Below, in pieces: positions 58,681 to 64,000 of a stretch of DNA of 64,000 nt. Source of the stretch: Epithemia pelagica (Eukaryota; Protista; Bacillariophyta). Both the position numbers and the translations under genes were made by a program. Numbering within the stretch: the stretch's first letter is position 1; every line of letters begins with the position of its first letter. The notes under the pieces are model-generated. The model was not told the DNA's origin. It searched no databases and was given only the letters and a program-made list of their open reading frames with translations. The stretch lies in NCBI GenBank assembly GCA_946965045.2, contig OX337239.1, positions 3,162,001-3,226,000 on the forward strand. Reading direction: 5' to 3'.

Positions 58681-59895
58681 ATGACCACAACACTGAAAGA
58701 ACAAGCATGGCAGTCGGGTCTTGTCCTTTCGGACGAGACAGCAGAATGGAATGAAAACAACTGGCCTCACCTCGAGGGTGGATGGCGTTCGCTTCATGCT
58801 ACGGTTGTACTCCATCATCCCGATAAGAACGACGACAACAACAACAACAGGCGACAAACGGTCATCGTGTTGGGTGGATGGCAACAAGGCCAAAATGATG
58901 TCAGTTCCGTTTTTGTATTAAATTTAGCAGAATCAAACAATCAGTGGCGAGAAGGGCCATCCATGAACAAGGTACGTTCTGGACATGCCGCGGTTGTGTG
59001 CAATGGAGGGGTCTACGTGATGGGAGGATACATGATGAGAGGATACAATCGAGCATATTTAGATTGCATGGAACGAATCGATGTCAGTGATTTGCTGAAG
59101 GCATCCTTAACACCAAGCAGCACACATGAGAGCCATTGGACGACATAAAACTGTCGTTTATCAACAGGCCGACGTGGATGTTGTGCTCTTGCGGTTAACA
59201 ACCGATGCATCGTCGTAATGGGTGGCAACAACGATCATTATTTGTCGTCGGTGGAAATTATAGATACAAACAACCACACTCTCGTTGCGGGACCAAACAT
59301 GACTGTTCCACGACAAGGGTGTACCGGTGCGGTTATTGGACACCGCATCTTTGTCGTTGGAGGCCAAAACGAGGACGATAATCTTGACTCGGTGGAGTAT
59401 TTGGACTTTGCAGAGGAGAGAAGAGACGACTCTTTGACGACAGTCATTTCCTTCTTGTCGGCTTGGACCACTCACTCTGAATTGGTGCTTTCCAGCCGTC
59501 GAGCTTATTGCGCAATGGTAGCCGTGGGATCTTGTCTGGTGGTGGCGGGAGAACACACCTCAACTGTGGAAGTCTTGGATACGCACCACAACCGCGTGTG
59601 GAATCTTCCACCATTCGTGGATTACCGCAGTGGCTGCAGTATGGTGGCTGTTGCCAATCGAGTTGCCGTCATTGGTGGATGGTGCAATCCTTCCTGTGCG
59701 ACATTCCCATTAATGGACAAGAATACGTGGTGTTTTCGTCGTCTCCGTGATCAGCAGCTTAACGCATGGTGCCAGTTCCGGGATGGAATGGATTTCCGAC
59801 ATGTTCATATTTCACCCTTCTCCACCTCAACATCAGCTAATAAACGAGCAAGGCCCGATACACGCCATGGTGATGAAGGCAAGGATGAAACTTGA
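58681..59895 (+). pseudogene. Kelch gene K12 with in-frame TAA at 59146-59148
   Basis: ORFs 58681-59148 and 59218-59895 are in the same frame. acg aca TAA replaces acg aca TTG. Confidence 0.87.
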
Positions 59896-61239
59896 AGTGG
59901 GCATCACGTTGCATTAATGTCACCTACAATGGTGAAATTATCAAATAATCATTTTGATCTCAAACATATTTATTTATTGTCTGCTACCTGTGGAATTATG
60001 ATGTGAATCCCTGTAGTAGAAATGAAATCATTAATGATGCTATACGGCATGTCTAGGAGAACGCGACTGTTCCAAAACGACAAAACAATGTCATGGATTA
60101 TGCAGAGTTTTGCGCTGTGTTGAGTGCTATTTTTGTCGTATTGTTGAGTCCTTTGGCAGTCCCTGCGGTATTTCTCCGTGGCAAGTAATACTCCCTCGCA
60201 CCACCCGTTTCCATCCTTGGAATGCATCGTCTCCGTGTCCACATAACAGGGAGACACTCTGGTGACTGTGGAGACAGACAGAGGCGCGCTATGCTCGGAG
60301 CTACCTTGATCTAACCAAGCCTCAATGACGGTGAGCATTTGCTCTGGCTACGGTTGATTGTTCTCTTGCCTTGAGAAAGTGGTGGTCTGAACAGGGGTCA
60401 ATGGTTCGGACGTTAATGGCAAAAAGGGTTGTGGGTAAGTAAACATCTGGGAAACGTTGTGTGTGGGACTGCCTCAACAACCACTATGTCCCCGAGCGAG
60501 TGGAATTCAACACCAACCAAGAATCGGACATCTGCACCAGTGCCACTTGCGAGTGTCAGAGTGGTGGTGTGGATGTTGCCGGTTGCCAGTTGTTGTGGTT
60601 TGGGTGGTTGAGACTTTGTCGTTTTGTCTTCAAGGTCCTGCTGCTATTGTCTTGAGGCAGGGCTGCAGTCGTCGTCATCATGCTAGTCATCATGGTTGCT
60701 TGATGAAGCCAGGGAAAAGCTTGACTGGTGGTGGTTGTTGTACCACTCGTTGTTCTACCACAGCTGAGTGACTGTTGACCACACTCGAGGCTTGTTCCAA
60801 TCCTGTACATTCCTGACCCATCCGCAGATGCACCCGTCCACAATTGGCCTTGTTCATTCCGAAGGCTGGTTTCTCTTTGTTGTCGTGACAGTGGGGTCCT
60901 CATCTGGTTTGGCTCTATAAAAGGCTGTGGATCGTTTTGACATGAGGATGCTTCGACGCCTTGTTCTTGTGGATGTTGTCCATCGTTTGGTTTTGGGAAC
61001 AGACGCGCATCTTTTGGGGAAAGATACGCTGTGCTTGCTGTGGTCCTGTCATGAAGTCTATGTGCGATATCGTACGTACGACAGACGCTCTCTGGGCTCT
61101 AAAGCTTCCACGTGTATTGTACTGTAAGAGTCCTCTCGCTTCCATCCATCGATCCATGTAATACCAAAACAACTCACAACAGCCGCAAAAGCACTCTTCT
61201 GTGATCCACATAAATTCTGCAGTCAAAACGTTTGGAAGC

Positions 61240-62397
61240 ATGCCCATGACATTGAAAGAACAAGCATGGCAGTCGGGCCTTGTCCTGTTAGACGAGACAC
61301 CTGAATGGAATTTCGAGGACTGGCCTCCTCTTGCGGGTGGATGGCGAGAGCGTCATGCTTCGGTCGTACTAGATCATCCCGATACGGAGAACGACAACAA
61401 CAACAAGAAACAAACGGTCGTCGTGTTGGGAGGATATCAACAAGGCCAAGGCGATGTCAATTCCGTTCTGCTATTGAATCTGGTAGACCCAAACAAGCAG
61501 TGGCGAGAAGGGCCACCCACGAACAAGAGTCGTCGTGGACATGCCGCTGTTGTGTGTAATGGAGGCATCTACGTGATTGGAGGATACAATGGAAATTCAC
61601 GTCTGGATTGCATAGAATGCATTGATGAAAACGACATATTACAATCATCCTTAACAACCACCACCACCCAATGGACGACATTGAACTGTCGATTATCAAC
61701 GAAACGAGGAGGATGCTGTGCTGTCGCAGTTCTCAATCGATTCATTGTTTTAATGGGAGGACGCAACGGTGGGCAACACTTGTCGTCGGTGGACATTATG
61801 GATACCAGCAACCACATTGTCACTGCAGGACCATCCATGAATGTCCCTCGACAATTTTGTGCCAGTGCGGTCATTGGTCACCGCATCTTTGTCGTTGGAG
61901 GTCATAACTATAATGGCCATTTTGACTCAGTTGAGTACGTGGACTATGCAACACCCTGTGACAATGATGAGACAAAAAAGAAGACTGGTTCAACATTCAT
62001 TTCCTTATCGTCCACCTGGACCACTCATTCTGATTTAGTGCTTTCCAATGCACGATGTTCTTGTACAGTGGTTGCCGTGGGATCTTGTCTGGTTGTTGCA
62101 GGAGGATGGGGCAATTCAACCGTGGAAGTCTTGGATACGAACCGCAACCGCGTGTGGAATCTTCCACCATTCGGAAATCACCGTGCTGGATGCAATATGG
62201 TGACTGTTGCCAATCAAGTTGCCGTTATAAGTGGCTTTGGCAATCCTTCCTGTGCAACATTTGGAATAATCGACAAGAATACGTGGTGTTTTCGTCGTCT
62301 CTGTGAACAGCAGCCCAACGGATGGTGTCTTTTGGGGGGAGGAATGAATATCCAACATGCTGATATTTCGAGCAAGGCCCGAGACACGCCGTGGTGA
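61240..62397 (+). CDS. Kelch-only beta-propeller protein K13 (385 aa; six blades, tail shortened by a frameshifting deletion)
   Basis: ATG 61240 to TGA 62397. Relative to K4, a deletion between gctgatattt and gcaaggccc removes FSTSTSAHKR. Confidence 0.85.
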   Translation: MPMTLKEQAWQSGLVLLDETPEWNFEDWPPLAGGWRERHASVVLDHPDTENDNNNKKQTVVVLGGYQQGQGDVNSVLLLNLVDPNKQWREGPPTNKSRRGHAAVVCNGGIYVIGGYNGNSRLDCIECIDENDILQSSLTTTTTQWTTLNCRLSTKRGGCCAVAVLNRFIVLMGGRNGGQHLSSVDIMDTSNHIVTAGPSMNVPRQFCASAVIGHRIFVVGGHNYNGHFDSVEYVDYATPCDNDETKKKTGSTFISLSSTWTTHSDLVLSNARCSCTVVAVGSCLVVAGGWGNSTVEVLDTNRNRVWNLPPFGNHRAGCNMVTVANQVAVISGFGNPSCATFGIIDKNTWCFRRLCEQQPNGWCLLGGGMNIQHADISSKARDTPW

Positions 62398-63798
62398 TGA
62401 AGGGAAGGATGGAACTTGAAATTTGCAACGTATTGCATGTATGTCGTAACAATAGTGGAATTATAGCATTATCATATTACTCTCAAACAGTAGTTGTAGT
62501 GTTTTCTTGATGATATTGCGACCTATAGAGATATCATGTACACCGTTGTACTAGTAGAAAACGAAAGTTACACCATCCGGCATGACACCGCAAACGGCAG
62601 TGGAGCCAGGCTTTGGGTAAAGATGTCCATGGTACCATGCCTCTCTGCTGTTGAATGGGTCGAGTAATCATGCTGTGGAAGATAATGGTTGCGTGCCTGA
62701 AACACTTGGGCGCAGTGACTCGTTTGGACGGTCGTCTTCGTTCCGACCATGCGTTGAATTGTGAGGTCCGGTCCTTCTATGGCCCATGCCTGCGTGAGAC
62801 AGTACCACGTCGCTCGATGCTTGTGGTTTCGCGTGACAGGAAATTTGCAAATCCTTTGGAATTTTTGTTACCGAAGTGTTCGATATTTCCTACACTACAG
62901 CAACTCGTCTTTATGAAGTCTTTATCATGAGGTTGGCAATTTGCTTGCGTCAATACAGCAATTAGTCTCTCCGTATTAGTAGCTCGTTGACAGTCCATGG
63001 GTATCGGTCCATGGGGATCAACAAGAACAATCGTAGTGTGCAAAGTTATGTCTTGCCCCTCGATGCCAGTTCCGTCGAAACCTTGTTGCACGATTACAAC
63101 ACTGTCGAACAGCAGCGTTGGACATTGACCAGTACAAGCTTTGTGCCTCGTAAAACACCACAAAACCACGACCCGCGCCGATCATGTCTTGGCTGTAGTC
63201 TACTAGAACTTGTTGTTGTTCTTCTTCTTGTTCGCTGGATTCTGGTTGGTTTTGCTGCCTTGTCGTTCCACACCAACATCCAGTTTGAATCTTCGTATGT
63301 AGACTTGAAAGGGCGATGCGACCCTTTCCCAGAATTATTTCTTCACTCTTCACTACTCCAATCGGGCGCGTCGGGAGGGAACTGAATAGCGTTCCATACT
63401 TCAATCCATAGTACTGCGCTCCTCGTCACCGTGGTCCGACTTTTAGCATTCGTTGCAAACCATGGTTGGGGAGTGGAATGCTCCTCCACTCTTTTGTCTT
63501 GGTTGAGGATCATCCTGGATGCAAGTTGTATGCCATTCGCTGTCAAGCTAGGTACTTTTGTCGAGCCTCCACATTTGGATGTACCTCCAATGGGGCGACT
63601 TTGTGATCGATTCAGCAGGTCCTCATGGTATCATGTCGAGAAAGGGTCCACATAATTGGCGACCAGACTGCCATGCGGTGCGTGGTCTTGCTGTTGGGGT
63701 TGATACTGATCCACTAATAGTCGGTCAATACTGGAGGAGGATTTTCGTTCCACGAAAGACATGTGGATGAGGAAGCATACCATCGTCCTAGTGCTCTT

Positions 63799-63799
63799 C

Positions 63800-63834
<35 letters not shown>
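63799..63834. repeat. (TTG)n microsatellite, ~12 units
   Basis: Directly visible. Confidence 0.9.
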
Positions 63835-63835
<1 letters not shown>

Positions 63836-64000
63836 GTTGCACTTGACCTCCTGTTGCGAATCGAAAGCCAAGGTACGATTTCTAGCTTGTTGCGATGAAA
63901 GTTGTCGTTGAGTATGTTCATCTTGCTAGAGTCTTCTTTAGAGTCTTTCTCGACGGGAGATGTGAGAGCAAATCACAGCAGAAAACGCTGCCAGAAGGCG

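Noticed and set aside
1-64000. Diversity-generating retroelement (DGR) explanation for Kelch hypervariability
   Set aside because: Variation is not adenine-specific, there is no template/variable repeat pair, and both RTs are ordinary copia type inside complete LTR elements.
1-64000. CRISPR array, rRNA or tRNA genes
   Set aside because: No regularly spaced short repeats with unique spacers and no recognisable structural RNA genes.

Overview
Eukaryotic DNA, most likely from a diatom. This is inferred from the two CoDi-like Ty1/copia elements, the stramenopile-type Harbinger ORFs and the ~48-50% GC intron-poor genes. The window is a head-to-tail (+ strand) tandem array of 13 single-exon, Kelch-only six-blade beta-propeller genes and pseudogenes (K1-K13, ~1.19 kb each), separated by 2.5-5 kb mosaic spacers made of decayed sequence. 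About six copies are intact (K2, K4, K7, K9, K11, K13; K9 and K13 have altered C-termini). K6 is frameshifted by a 77-bp duplication but keeps a rescue ATG. K3, K5, K8, K10 and K12 are disrupted, and K1 is cut by the window edge. The paralogues share a near-invariant scaffold, but the two codons after the D-A loop Arg of each blade and the post-GG loops are hypervariable. Short clustered sequence patches appear to have been exchanged between copies. This is the best candidate for an undescribed system: a recombination-diversified repertoire of Kelch binding proteins. Three transposons are inserted in the array: (i) an internally deleted PIF/Harbinger (2166-3703; 40-bp TIRs, TGA TSD); (ii) a + strand Ty1/copia (24374-31387) with identical 271-bp LTRs ending TA...GA, an AGTGG TSD, a G_GAT_TTT -1 frameshift signal between gag and pol, and two lesions in pol; (iii) an apparently intact - strand Ty1/copia (33873-42942) with identical 379-bp LTRs ending AG...CT, a CCCGC TSD and one ~2,660-2,700 aa ORF carrying a ~900-aa insert. 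There is also a recent ~8-kb segmental duplication (7338-15308 vs 50005-58006) and a decayed Rab3GAP catalytic-subunit gene. All comparisons were made by eye; no database search was run.
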